Below are positions 35,587-48,138 of a DNA stretch of 64,000 nt, piece by piece. This DNA comes from Vitrella brassicaformis CCMP3155 (lineage: Eukaryota > Protista > Chromerida). Numbering within the stretch: the first letter of the stretch is position 1; each line of letters begins with the position of its first letter. A program made the position numbers and the translations under genes. A model generated the notes under the pieces. The model did no database searches. It saw only the letters and a program-made list of their open reading frames with translations, and had not been told where the DNA came from. The stretch covers positions 45,776 through 109,775 of the forward strand of contig CDMY01000345.1 in the NCBI GenBank assembly GCA_001179505.1. Reading direction: 5' to 3'.

Positions 35587-36728
35587 GGACAACAGAGAAC
35601 AGAGAACAAACGCAATGCGCCATGAGGAACACGTGACGATTCTGCGCTGCTGTTGTTGTGTGGTGCAGTACATTTCTGGGGTCTTTGCTTCATGGCTGCT
35701 CTTCATTACTATCCTCGGTCGCCTCGGCGGCAGCATCTGAACAGTCGCCCCGACCGGCAACAGCCCCGGCTACCAGTCAATCGCCAACAGCGTGTCGAAC
35801 CTCGCTACGACTGTCCTCATCGTCGTCCTCCGAAGTTGGTTCAGCCATTCACTGCAGCGGCTGGGCAAATCCTGCAGAGACTGCTGCTGCATGTGCTGTG
35901 ATCGGAGCGGCAGAGGTGGAGATGGCTGCTGTGGCAAGTATTGGCGCTGGTGTCGTCAGCTCTTCTTCTTTTCGTCCTGCTGCAAGCGGCGCAACCAGAC
36001 TACGGCCGAAGTCGTCGATAGACACACCGGCCCGAGGTCGGCCGCATTCATTGCCCCATCACGAGCACAGTCCGACCGCACAGGAACGAGTCCCTCTACT
36101 GCACGACCACCAGCAGTAGACTTTCCTCCCAGCCACCCACTTCAAGCCGCCCTCAACAAGTTCCCATCCTGGTCTGGCAGACAGCAAGTGACGCACGGCA
36201 GGCATGCGGCCAGCGACACTGCAAGGGAGGAAGGCACATTGGTCGAGAGTAAAGCCAGTGGGAGAGGGCAGGGGGGGAGGGCATGTTGAGTGACGAGGGA
36301 AACCGCATCGACTGGCTTGGGAGGGCAAGCTGACAGGGTCGGTAAGGCTGAGGGCCGCTAGGGCCGCGTGGCGGAGAGGTGGTGGGTGGGGAGGCGGTGG
36401 GCCCAGCCTGTTAGACAGACGAGTGACGTGCAGTCGAGGTGTGACCACTTTTAGTTCGTATGAGCCAGCCCATTTGCGCCAGCCAGCCATCTTACAGGTG
36501 TGTAGCACACGAGTGGGTTGTCAACTAGCAGAGACAGATGCCCGAGTAGAGGGACACGCAATATACGCATTGATTGAATACGAGTGTCATCTGCTGAACT
36601 GTTACGAGACTGCGGCAGTATGAAAAAGTCACGTGGCGGGAAGACAAAAGACATCAGTGTAAGGACATGCGCTACTTATCCATCTTCACCCACCCGTTAC
36701 ACCACAGCAAAACTTGACCCATAAAGAT

Positions 36729-38788
36729 TCAAACACTGCAACGCACAAGTGAGCATGTGCGGTTCAGTGTCAGACCAAGTAATGCGTCAACATCGTCCCG
36801 AGATGGCACAATCCACACATGGCCATCCTCCTGCCTCCTCACAAATGCCTTCTCTCCCCGCCCCCCACCCCCTCGCAGCCACACTGACTTGATCTCCATC
36901 GACCGCATATCGGGATCACTGAACAGATCGGCCGCGCCAGGCAGCGGGTTGCCGGCAAGAGGCGGCCATATCTTGGTTTCCGTCCACTGCCGCCGGCGAT
37001 CCTTGTAGTCGACACAGGGCTCGTCCTCTCCTGGTGGTAAGACGTCTCCGCGGGCACACTTGTAGCCCCACACATCGCTCAGCTTGCCATCCTTGCCCAC
37101 CACGAACACAAAAAAATCATAGATACCCTCGAAGGCATCAGGCTTGGGCTCATAGAAGAAGACGGTGAATCGTGTAGAGCATGGAGGTCCGCTCCTTTGG
37201 ACAAACGCCTTGACGACGTCCTCAGTGTTTCTCCACTCCGAGCTGCTGAGGCACCCGCCAAATTTGCAGCCCATCGCCTCCTTGTCCCACTTCAACGGTA
37301 TCACGAGAGAGCCGGAAAGGATGTTGCCGATATGCGGTGGGACCTCGTCAGCTTCGCGGGGGCCATAGTGGGTTAGCTTTGCTATTTCGCCTTGCAGCAA
37401 TCGTATGAGAACCGCCGCTGCACACGGCCCAACCCACTGGCGTCCCTCCTCAGCATGATTTAGCATCCGCAAGCTGCTGGCAACAGCATTCAGCCCCTCA
37501 GAAAGAGACGCGCCAGCATTCTCCTTCAAAGCGTCCCATTGCGCCAGCCTCGTGCACATACCAGCCAGGTGCACATACCAGCCAGATAGCAAGGAGGCAG
37601 TGAGTATGTTCGAAAACGTCGTCCTGGCCGTTTATATGAAGTCCTTTCTTCGTCAAACACATTCAAGAGTGCCGTCCAGATGCCGATGTTAGAAATTGAA
37701 GAGCCGAAGGTCACTCCTCCTTCCATAGCCGTCATTATAACCTCAGACAATACCTCAATCGCTTCAAATCTTCTCCGATCGACACGAGAGACGATGCTGA
37801 CTTTGGCCTCCAGAGAGCCACCGTACTGACTTATCTCCCACACTAGTCCAGGAGATCGCCCGGCCCAGCAAATCGTTCCACGAGTCACATTGCTGTTCAG
37901 AACGTGCTCCAGGTCCTTTTCCTCGATCAAAGGCAGCTCTGGCCGGAGCAGGTGACGACGCTTCCGGAACATTGGATCGAGGAAGGAAAGATATCTGTCG
38001 CTGACAGTGGTCGCATTGTTGGGCTCAGTGAAGACGAAGTGCCGGTCACGATTATTGAGGAAATCGCACAGGAGGAATTCACCCACTTCGCCCTCCGCTT
38101 TAGAGCGCTCGCCGCCCTGCAGAGTCGCAAAGCGGTGAAGGTCGTCGATAAGCAGCACACACGCCTGAGGCCACTCACGCGCGGTGCGCTCGCTGATGGA
38201 TGCGTGCTTGAGCCACATCGTAAAGTTCAGCTTGTCGACATCCACATTGGCTGCCCGTGCGACCCTTGCTCGCGCCTCGTCGGTCGCCGCCGCCCACGCC
38301 AGCCGCAGATTGAGTGAGTCGAACAACGGCGTAGAGGCGCCTTCGGTGTCTAAGTGATACTCGCTCTCGTCACCAAAAGAGATAAAGATAGCAGGGATGC
38401 CCTCCTGTCGCAGCTTCTTAGACAGCTCTTTCAGCATCCGGGTCTTGCCAGCCCCTTGGAAGCCGACGAATGACATTGGCATCACTCGCTCGCTCGACGA
38501 GTCCATCCTCCCGTACTCGGGCAGCAGCAGCGAATAAGCCTTGTCCACATAATCGCTCCCAATGAACACCTCAGGCTCTGTCGTCAAGTCCACTCGAGGC
38601 AGCGGCACGTCAGCCGTGGGCAACAGATCATCCACTGTCAGCTCCACGCGACCTGCAGACGAACCAGACACGATGAGTCTTGCTGCCTGGTCGGCAATGG
38701 GGAGATGAACGTGTCACTAACCTCCTGCCTCTTGTGGCCTTTTGTGTGCCAGCTGGTCTTGTGGCTCGGACTCCTGTGGCCTCTTCAT
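36729..38788 (-). pseudogene. P-loop NTPase plus REase-like protein, copy 2, frameshifted
   Basis: Close paralog of 2581-4673 with the same first exon and intron. A perfect 17-bp tandem duplication, gtgcacataccagccag x2 at 37552-37585, shifts the frame and splits the ORF track into 381-aa and 287-aa pieces. Confidence 0.8.
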
Positions 38789-38869
38789 GGCTTTCATGGG
38801 ATGTGCTTCTGTGATGAATCAAACCACGAAAAGCGAGGTGCGAACCTCTGTGGCTTGAGAAAAGCTCGC

Positions 38870-38893
38870 AAACCCTACACCCTAAACCCTAAT
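38870..38893 (+). repeat. Short degenerate telomere-like (CCCTAAA) tract
   Basis: aaaccctacaccctaaaccctaat: about three imperfect units of CCCTAAA. Confidence 0.4.
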
Positions 38894-39017
38894 ACCCGCC
38901 AGGGTAATACCTAATACTTTCACTTTGGGGCTTTTTCCCATTGCAAGGGCAACAGGGGCGGCGCCCGATGGAGAGTCACTTTCAGATGTGAGCAGACACT
39001 GCATTTACTGAGAGGGC

Positions 39018-39121
39018 GGTCGGTCTGTCTGTGAAAGTCTCTGATCTGCATCGCATCGCATGGCATCTGTCAATCGGCGGCCGGCCATCCGAACCGCCGA
39101 GCGATGGAGAGTCACTCTCAT
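39018..39121. repeat. ~100-bp dispersed repeat (inverted copy of 9171-9269), with an extra partial end copy at 38966-38984
   Basis: Direct visual alignment; cgatggagagtcact occurs at 38966 and at 39102. Confidence 0.9.
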
Positions 39122-40255
39122 TGGCCATTAAACCGACTTCACACACCAGAGGCAGTCAGGCACGCACAGACGAACGCGGTAAGGGGAGAGAAAGGAATCC
39201 ATCCATCCACGCTCACATGGTAGACGGCAACAGAGCACAAAAATGCCGCAAGCCACTCACTCAGCCGTTGCAGAAAGGGAAGATGCAGAAAGAAAGAGTT
39301 GCCTCCTTCGTGTGTATATGCATATGTATGTCGTATAGACAATCAGCCATGTCCACCCTGCCTGTGTGTCGGTCGGCTGCTCTCTGTGCGTCACGATGCC
39401 CGCCAACCTGACCTCCACCACTCCGCCGCACGAACGGCGCAGTCATGCCATGGAATGGCGAAGGGCAAGAGTCTGACATCAATGAGCGCACAGCCGAGCG
39501 ACCCGACGGTCTTCACATATCTACCTGGCTGACACGGGAAAAGTCCTTAATCTCGCTCCTTTGCGCGAATGTGTGTGTGCGTGTGTCTGTGTGTGTGTGT
39601 ATTCTCGTCTCGTCTTTTTGCGGCTTACGGCCTGTCGGCCGGCCGGCCTGTAGGCCGAGCGCCAAAACCAAAACCAAAAGCACCAACCAGCCGACACGAC
39701 ACACGACACAAGAATGGCCCAGCAGCAAGCAACAAGTGTACTGTGCAGCACACATGAGCCGAGCATCATGACACAGAGAGAGAGACTGCCTGATTGTTTG
39801 CCAATCGATGATCCACACACATGCACACACGCGCAATCCAGCACAAGACAGGCAGGCAGGCAGGCAGAGCCCCCCAGGGTCGGAACTTGAAGCGACCCCC
39901 CCTCCCCCAGCCCACAACCATTATTGAAGCAGCGGGCGTGTCAATTGCGTACCGTCAGCACGTCGAATATGGTGTGAGCATGTTGGCAAGACGCCCACAC
40001 GGTATCAGACGCACCAAGGCCACGCAACTGACACGCCCACCCGCCACTCACTCACAAATGCACGCAAATACGTAGACGTATGTGTAAAAGCCGAGCTGAA
40101 GATGAAGAAAGGGGCACCACTCGCCAGGCTGTCTGGCTGTCTGCCTGGCTACGCTTGCTATCGACAGAAGGCCGCCGCTCCCCTCCCCCCTGTTCACTAA
40201 GTCACGGTGGCACAGCCGCTGTGGGATGGTGAGTGAGTGTCGGTTTGTCAGTCAG

Positions 40256-41121
40256 TTAGTCGAAGGGGCAGATGCGCATCTTGGTCTGGTAGGGCTGTCG
40301 GCAGATGATGCACTGGTTGCTGTGGTAGTCGTTCAGGAAACAATCTGCAGGAATCAAGACAGACGTGCACACACACACACACACGCGCACACACATATGG
40401 TTGTGGTGTCCGTCGACCTGTGTTGGTCCCTCCCTCCCTCCCCTCACCAGTACACAACGACAAATGCTTGCAGGGCAGAAACAGTATCTCAACTGCGCAC
40501 ACACCACAGCAGATTATGAGGTGCATGCAGGCCCCCCCCTCCCTCCCTCTCTCTCTCTGACACACTCGTGTACCTTGTTTCTCGTGGCATATCTTGCACA
40601 TTCGCTTGTCGCGTTCGTCCTCCTTGGCCTGCCTCTCCCGCTCCAGCGCCGTCTCGAGGTCCTTGACCTGCTGCTCCAGCTCGCTCACCCGCAGCAGCAG
40701 CGACTCGTCGCACCCACCTAACACGCCTGTGTGGACCTGCCTGCTCGTCCAACCGCACAACCACACAACCACACAACACCATTCTCTCTCTCGCTCTCCC
40801 CCTGTCTGTGTCTGTGTGTGTCATTCTCAGCTTTCTCACCCCTCATTGTCGCCATCGTCGAACGACACGGCCGCAACGGCTCTCGGCGGAACGGGGGGTG
40901 GGCAGGACGGCCGCGGGTGCAGGATGGCCACGGGCGAGTCCAGCTCACCACCACCACCACCCTGCTGCGATGCCGCTGTGGGTGTGGGTGTGTGGTGGGG
41001 TGCGAGTGGGGGCATGAAGGAGGACGAGCTCGAGGGCTGCGATGATGCGGCGGCGGCCTCCTCAAATATGGGCGGGCAGGGCGGTGGCGGCGGCAAGCCG
41101 TTGCACACATCTGACATACCA

Positions 41122-41154
<33 letters not shown>

Positions 41155-43323
41155 GAATGAAGACGCATCGCATCCATCCATCCATCCAGCCATGAGTGTG
41201 TCAGTGTCCATCCACCGACCTATGTCGTGCTGCAAGCCGGCAGCAGCAAGCCCACCGCCCCTCAGCGAGGATGCGCTACCAGGGGAGGGCACAGCTGGCA
41301 CCACCGGGTGCTGCTGCTGTGGGTGTGGGTGTGGCGGCGGTGGGGGCGGGGGCTGCACCACGTTGCCCGTCTGCGCGAGCACCTCCAGCCGGTGCTTGGC
41401 CGCCTCCGCCCCGGCCGGCTGCCCAAAGATCACACACAGGTACTCGCCGCTGCATTGGCTGCCGCTGATAGACACAGAGGGACACAAACAGAGAGAGAGA
41501 GCGAGGGCGATTGTGGTGGGTGGTTCGTTCGTTCGTTCGTCAGATACCCGATGGCGTGTGACGGGATGACAGTGGACGTGTCGGTCTCAATTTTGTTGAG
41601 CGCCACGGCCAGCCCCCGGTCATCCGCAGCGGCAAAACGGAGCAACACACGAGGGACCTCTCTGACACACACACACACACACAGAGACACACATATGGTG
41701 TGTGTGTGGGAGGTGTGGGTGGGCGGATGTGTCTGCTTACGGATGTGCACTGAGGAAGGAAAACGAATTGGTTAGGAACTCATACACCAAATTGCTGTAG
41801 CGCTTGGCCGTCTCGCGCTGCTCAACCGTACCTACGGCCACACACACACACACACACACAACACGAAGTCCCCCATGTGTGGGTGTTGCCCTCCCTTCCT
41901 CCCTCTGTGGCTCACCCACCGGCTATGTGGACGGTGTCAGCGCCGACAGGGCAGACCATTCGGCACCTCGACGCCACCTTGATCTTCTCGGCCCTCTCAC
42001 TATTGCGCCCACACACCATCGCCAAAGCGTCCTTGCCCATCATCATGACGTCGACGGCACACTCCTGCTGAGCCTCCTGCCGCTGCTGTTGCTGCTGCTG
42101 GTGTGTGGGTGTGTCTGGTGGTGGTGGTGGGGCGGGTGGCGGTGGCTGCTGCTGCTGCTGCTCGTCGAAGGCGTCGGGGAATGAGCCGGGGAAGGAGCGC
42201 TCGACGGTGCGCTTCAGGTCTAGCTCGAACGACTTGCGACAAGAACTGCACCGCACCAGCCACGAGGCAACGATGCGACGAAAGACATGGGTCTGTGTTT
42301 GTGTGTCGTGTGTGTGTCTGTCTGTCTGTCTGTCTCACGGTGGGCCGAACGCAGCGAGGTATGCGGGATGGCTCCGAGAATCGTGGTCGACAGAAGGAGA
42401 CCAAAACTGCACCCATTCACACGCACAGAGAGAGAGAGAGAGAGAGAATAGAGAGAATATGTCTTCTGTGCCCCATCCCTTGGCCCCATTGGCTGCTGAC
42501 CTTGAGCGTCATGATGGTGTGCTGTTCCTCAAACCTCTCCGGCTTGAGGGTGAGCATGACGTTGAGGGGGAGCGAAAAGCATGTCACATTGGGGTCCCGC
42601 ATCATCTCGCCGGCCCACTTCTTGACCTCACCTGAATGACGCATGAGCAATCAGCCAGTGGGTGGCTTGTCCACCGTCCGTGTGGTGTGTGGGTCGATGT
42701 GTGTGTGTGTGTGTGTGTGTGTGGTGGGGAGGGGAGGGGCCGCACGTGGGCTGTTGAGGATGTCTTTCATCTTGACGCGTCTGTAAAACTTGAGGAAGGT
42801 CTGCGCGTCGCGCACAGACTCAGCCGTACCAGATATGCGCAAACCTGAGACACACACACGTGGTGGGACGCCATCGTGTGTGCGCGCGTGTGTGCGTGTG
42901 TGCGTGTGTGTGTGTGTGTGTGGTGGCCACTTACCCTTTGGAGGAGTGTTCCTCATATCAATGACGACTCCAAAAAAGGCCTGCACGCGCAATTTGTTGC
43001 TGCCCTGCTTCCCGAAAATCAGACCATACTCCTGCACAACACACACACACACACACGCACACACACAGAGAGAGAGAGAGAGAGATCAGTCACCTCACCA
43101 TCGGCCATCCACTATGGCCAACTCACCGCTTCGTTGACTTCCAAGAAATCGCTCTCGACGAACTTGCCCGTCTTGCCCGAGGCCGAGGCGTACGGACTCA
43201 CTACCGCGCTGCTCGCCGGCCTGCACACACACACACGCACACACACACAAGGGGAGAGGCGTAGGAACAGACCGTTCCCGGCGTGAGGCGGCATCTGGCT
43301 GGCAAACAAGCTTACGCTGCCAT
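40256..43323 (-). CDS. KH-domain RNA-binding protein with C-terminal coiled coil and RING finger (putative E3 ligase)
   Basis: MAA|PASS..FLEVNEA|EYGLIFGKQGSNKLRVQ..|LRISGTAESVRDAQ (KH1); LAMVCGRNSERAEKIK..IAGTVEQRETAKRY (KH2); degenerate KH3; ELEQQVKDLE..MCKICHE..FLPCKHL..CADC..CIICRQ (C3HC4 RING). Confidence 0.85.
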
Positions 43324-43460
43324 CGCTGGTGTCGTGGAGGCCACACAAAGGCGTAGAAAAGAGGAAAAGCGCAAGGAGAATGTACAATGCAAAGCTCGCA
43401 AATAGGACGATCGCTCAGAGCTTCTCGTTGTGCCTTGTGGGTGCGTAGTGCAGCCTCCAG

Positions 43461-44013
43461 ATGGCTGACCCGATGGATGTAGACCAAGCAGAGGCCGCGG
43501 AGGCCATTTCCTCATCGCAGCACCAGCACCAGCACCTGATGAACGGCGTCCCAGAAGGAGAATGCGACGTCGCCAAAGCATGCGAGCAGTAAGGCAGGCA
43601 GGCGCCGCACCCAGCCGCAATCAACCGGTCTCTCTGTGTGTGCGTGTGTGTGCGTGCGTGTGTGTGTGTGTGATATGTGTAGGTTGCTGACGCACCTGTC
43701 GCACCTCGAGAAGCACTACGAGGAGGAGGAGACCGCCGGCCGCGCCGCCAAGCGGCAGCGCACCACACAGAGCAAGAGAAAGAAGAAACCCAGTGACAAC
43801 GACAACAACACCAAGAAAAAGGGCGACGCGACCAAGAACAAGGGAGACCAGAAGGAGCCAGCTGCGGCGGCGGCGGCAGCTGCTGGTGGTGCGGATGACA
43901 GCAAAGCCGGCAGTCCGCCGCCGGCGTTCCCCGAATTTGACGACTTCTGGGGGCCCTTCGGCCCGAGCAAAGTAAGACGTAGACGCAGACAGAGGGGGCC
44001 GGAGGCGTCTACG

Positions 44014-44046
<33 letters not shown>

Positions 44047-45310
44047 CTGTGGCTGGTCTAGGGCGGCAAGAAGGGCGGCGGGTTCGCCAAGGGCACTGGC
44101 TACTCGGTGAGCAGTGGGCCGTCCAGCATGGCAGCCAGGCAGGCAGGCAGGCAGGTAGCCTTTGCTCATTCCTTCCTTCCCTGGTTGTGTGTGTTGACAG
44201 AACTATTGGCACGCCAACGGCCCGGTGTGGGACCCGGAGCAGGCTGAGAAGAAGCAGAAGGAGATGGACGCCGCCGTCACGCCGCACATCGACGCCATGA
44301 CCGACCTCCTGGACCAGCTGCAGGGCGCATTGGTCACAAGTGATGGCCATGGCCATGGCAATGAGAACAACAACAACGTCAACATGGATGCGGGCGACGC
44401 AGACGGAGACGGCGGCGAGGGGAAGAAGGGAGAGATCGGCAATGGTAGGAAGGGGCGGACCAAGAAAGTCAGGGGCAAACCTGTGCCGACCAATATAGAG
44501 GTGGGTGGGTGGGCTGAAGGCAGGCCGCAAGAGTGGACGGACAGACCATTGCTGTCTGTCTTTCTCTGTCTTTGTTTCTGTGTGTGTGCAGGAGTTGGAG
44601 CAGTTGCTGCACGAGTCGCGGCTGCAGGCCATCCTGACCAAGCACCTCACTCTCGCCTTCACCGAAATGTGCCAGGTAGGTCGGTCGGCAGCCCACACAC
44701 TCACACACCACACCAACGCCACAAATGACACACATGACATCGTCTTCGTTCGACCTATATATCAATCAGCGTGTGGAGCTCTTCACGGCCCTGTTCGGGC
44801 TCCTGCGGTCCCTCTCGTCCCTCCCCACCTACCTGTCGCGATGGCCCCCCGCCCTCCACACCCACCTGCGCGACCTCAGAAAGAGCGCCAACCTGCTCGT
44901 CAAGTCGCTCAAGAAACAGGAGGAGGCAGCCGAGGTCAAGAAGATCACCAAGGAGAAAGAGATAGAGAAGGAGGAGGAGGCCCAGCCGGCCGCTGCTGCC
45001 GCTGCCTCTGCTGCCGCTGCTGCCGCTGGTGGTGGTGGGGGGGGCTTTTGGCCCCCTCCCGCGCTTGATGCCCTCGCTCTCTTCGGCTCGCCCGGCCCAC
45101 CGCCCCCTCTCGGCCCACCGATCCCTCTCTCCTCTGGGATCAAGAAGGTGGCGAAGCTACCTGTTTTCACGCCCCCCATATCGCCCAAGGACACCTCCCC
45201 CAAGGAGGTACTCGACGGCAAGGACAAGGCGGGCGAGGAGAAAGAGGTCAGTCAGATGGGGGGACGGGCGAGGTGTGTGTCGTCTTCCCGTGTCCCTCCC
45301 TACTCTATTG

Positions 45311-45348
<38 letters not shown>

Positions 45349-46339
45349 TGGCTGTTCACTCAGGCGGCGGTAGATGCCCCGTTTGCGGCTGCTGCAGCAG
45401 TTCCCTTTGTCTCCATCAAGAAACCTGCGACGAGCGTCCGGCGGTCGACACGCAAGACGGCCGGCAAGAAGCAGGCACCCAAGGCGTCGGCCAAGAAGGG
45501 CAAGAGCAAGGCGAAGAACAAGCCCCCCGGCTCGCCCGACTCGTCGCCCTTGTTCCCCGCCCTTATGCCGGACGAGCAGGTGAAGGACGCTGATGCTGAT
45601 GGCGACGGAGAGGGTGAGGGGGCGGGAGAGGACGACTTCAAGACGCCCGAGAAGGGGAAGAAGTCGAAGGCCTCGGCCAAGAAGGCCTCGCCCTTGTTCA
45701 AGACCCCAGACGACAAACACATCGCCACCATGCCCAAGAGTGAGCTGCAAATAGAACAGACCGACACACAACACAACACACGAGCGACCCACCCATCTGT
45801 GTGTCTGCTGGTGTGGGTGTGTCACCGGTGGGTGCGGCGCAGAGGGCAAGGTCTCGTCGGACAAGAAGCTGTTCTCGCCATGGATGTTCGCCAAGCCCAA
45901 GCTTGCCCCCAAGGCCAAGGCCAAGCCCAAGCTCAGCCCCGTTCCCCCGAACATGCCAGCCCCCCCTCTCCAAGCCGCCCTCTACATGACCCCCATACCC
46001 GCCTGGCGCCGCGACCGGCTCGCCCAGCCGGCTGCACCGCCAGAGCCGACAGAGGAAGAGAAGCGCCTGCTTGCGTCGTACCGGGCACTGGCCGAGAAGG
46101 TGATCGAGGTGCTTGAGTTGGTGCTGGCCAAGGTGCCCAGGGGCGATGCTGGCGGTGGTGCTCAGGGCAATGGTGGTGGGGAGGAGGGGGAGGGGGGAAG
46201 GGAGAAGGGCAAGAAGAGGCGGGGGTCGATGGCTGTGCTTGAGGGGGATGCGCCGATCAAGCTCAGGAGGGCCGCACGACTCGCACAGCAGGTGCGTAAT
46301 GGCTGGACAAGTGGCGTGGGGGCATGCGTGGACCACTCA

Positions 46340-46376
<37 letters not shown>

Positions 46377-48138
46377 TGTGTACCTGCCAATCAAGCAGGC
46401 GTCTTCTGTGGCTTCCTCGCCGGTCAAGACCAAGAAGGGCGTCAAGCGCAAGACGACCGTTGACAACGCCCCACCCCAGCAGCTTGGCACCAGCTGGCAG
46501 GAAATAGACCCATGTAACAACACCACCGCCCTCCACCACCGTCCACCCCCCCACCTCTCTCTCCCTATTTCTTTTGTCACTCAGCTGTGTACCTTGCTGC
46601 TGGTCCGAAGCGGCGGCGTGAGGAGGCGTCGAGTGCGTCGGGCGGCGGGCCGGGGAGCGAGGAGGAGTACATCTCGGCCCTGAAGGACCTTTTGGTGGAC
46701 CACGCCGAGCTGAGCGACACCCACCTGCACATGAAGCACTGCAGGGAGGAGAAGGCCGAGCCGCAGCAAAGGATGATGCGTGTGTCCAAGGAGCTCGCTG
46801 GTCTGTCCGCCTGTCTGTCTGGCTGTCTGTCTGGCTGATGGGTGGATTCACTGTGATGGTTGTCTGTCCGGTTGTGGTTGTGTGTGTGTGGTTGTCAGGT
46901 TTGGGCACGCTGCTGCCGCTGCACCGGTCCTCGTCGATCTTTGTCAGATACGACGAGAAACACACCAACCTATGGCGGTACGTCAGCCACACACACAGAC
47001 GGACAGACAGGCTGACAGACAGACAGACACACCAGACACTGTGTGTGTTTGGTGTGCATGTGTGTGGGCAGTGCGTTGATAGTGGGCCCCGAGGACACCC
47101 CCTACGACGGCGGCTGCTTCCTGTTCGACGTATACTTCGACGTCATGTACCCCACGAAGCCGCCAAAGGTGGGTGGGAGCCAGTGCACTGGGGCCACACA
47201 CACACACAGGGAGCGACGCCATCGCATTCGTGTGCCGATTGTTCTGTTCTGGTCTCCTTGTGTGTGTGTGTGTGTACTGCTGCGTCAGGTGTTGCTGAGG
47301 ACGACTGGCGGCGGGCGCATCGGCTTCAACCCGAACCTATACGCCGACGGTGAGATGGCATGGTGACACTGCAAGGCCAGCGGATCAGTCACTCTTTTTG
47401 TTCATCTGTGTGTATGTCTGTGTGTGTGTGTGTGTGTGCGCGTGAAGGTACGGTGTGTCTGTCGTTGCTGGGGACGTGGCAGGGCGGCAAGGGGGAGTCG
47501 TGGGACAGCCAGATATCCACCGCATTCCAGGTCAACGCACACACACACGCACACACATGCCTCTTGTCATGTGTCTGTCTGTCTGTCTGTGTGTGGGTTT
47601 GATCGTGTGCAGGTGCTCGTGTCGATCCAGTCGCTCATCTTCGTGGCCAAGCCGTGGTTCAATGAGCCGGTGAGTGAATGAATGAGACCAAGAGGCACAC
47701 ACACACACACGCCTGCATCATGCCTCCCTGCCACGGTCGCGTGTGTGGGACGCTCCCTCTCTCTCTCTCTCTCTCTCTGTCTCTCTGTTTCAGGGCTATG
47801 AGGCTCAGATGGGCACCACCACCGGCGACGCGTAAGCCACAGACACACACACACACACACACACCTCCCTCCCTCTCCCATCTCTCTGTGTGTCCTCCCT
47901 CCACCCGTTCAGTGCATCAGACGACTACAACCGGCGCATCCGCGACGGCACCGTCAAGTACGCCATGGTCGACCTGCTCAAGTCGCCGCCGCCAGAGTTC
48001 GCCGACGTCATCAAGCGCCACTTCAAGCTGAGGCAGCAGCACGTCGTCAAGACGGCCGAGGCGTGGGCGGCGGCCAGGAACGCCACTTTGCACAAGAGCG
48101 ACGTGGCCACACTCAAGCAGCTGCTGGACGCTCTGTGA
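43461..48138 (+). CDS. Large ubiquitin-conjugating enzyme of BIRC6/UBE2Z/UBE2O type
   Basis: MADPMDVD start; FAKGTGYS..WDPEQA motif; UBC domain RVSKEL..IFVRYDE..ALIVGPEDTPYDGGCFLFD..YPTKPP..FNPNLYADG|TVCLSLLGTWQG..VLVSIQSLIF..PWFNEPGYE. Catalytic Cys present. Confidence 0.93.

Noticed and set aside
35658-36119. Ser/Ala-rich plus-strand ORF whose antisense frame reads protein-like with two TGA codons (possible Sec readthrough)
   Set aside because: Low complexity explains the openness on both strands. There is no Cys/Sec motif context or SECIS evidence.
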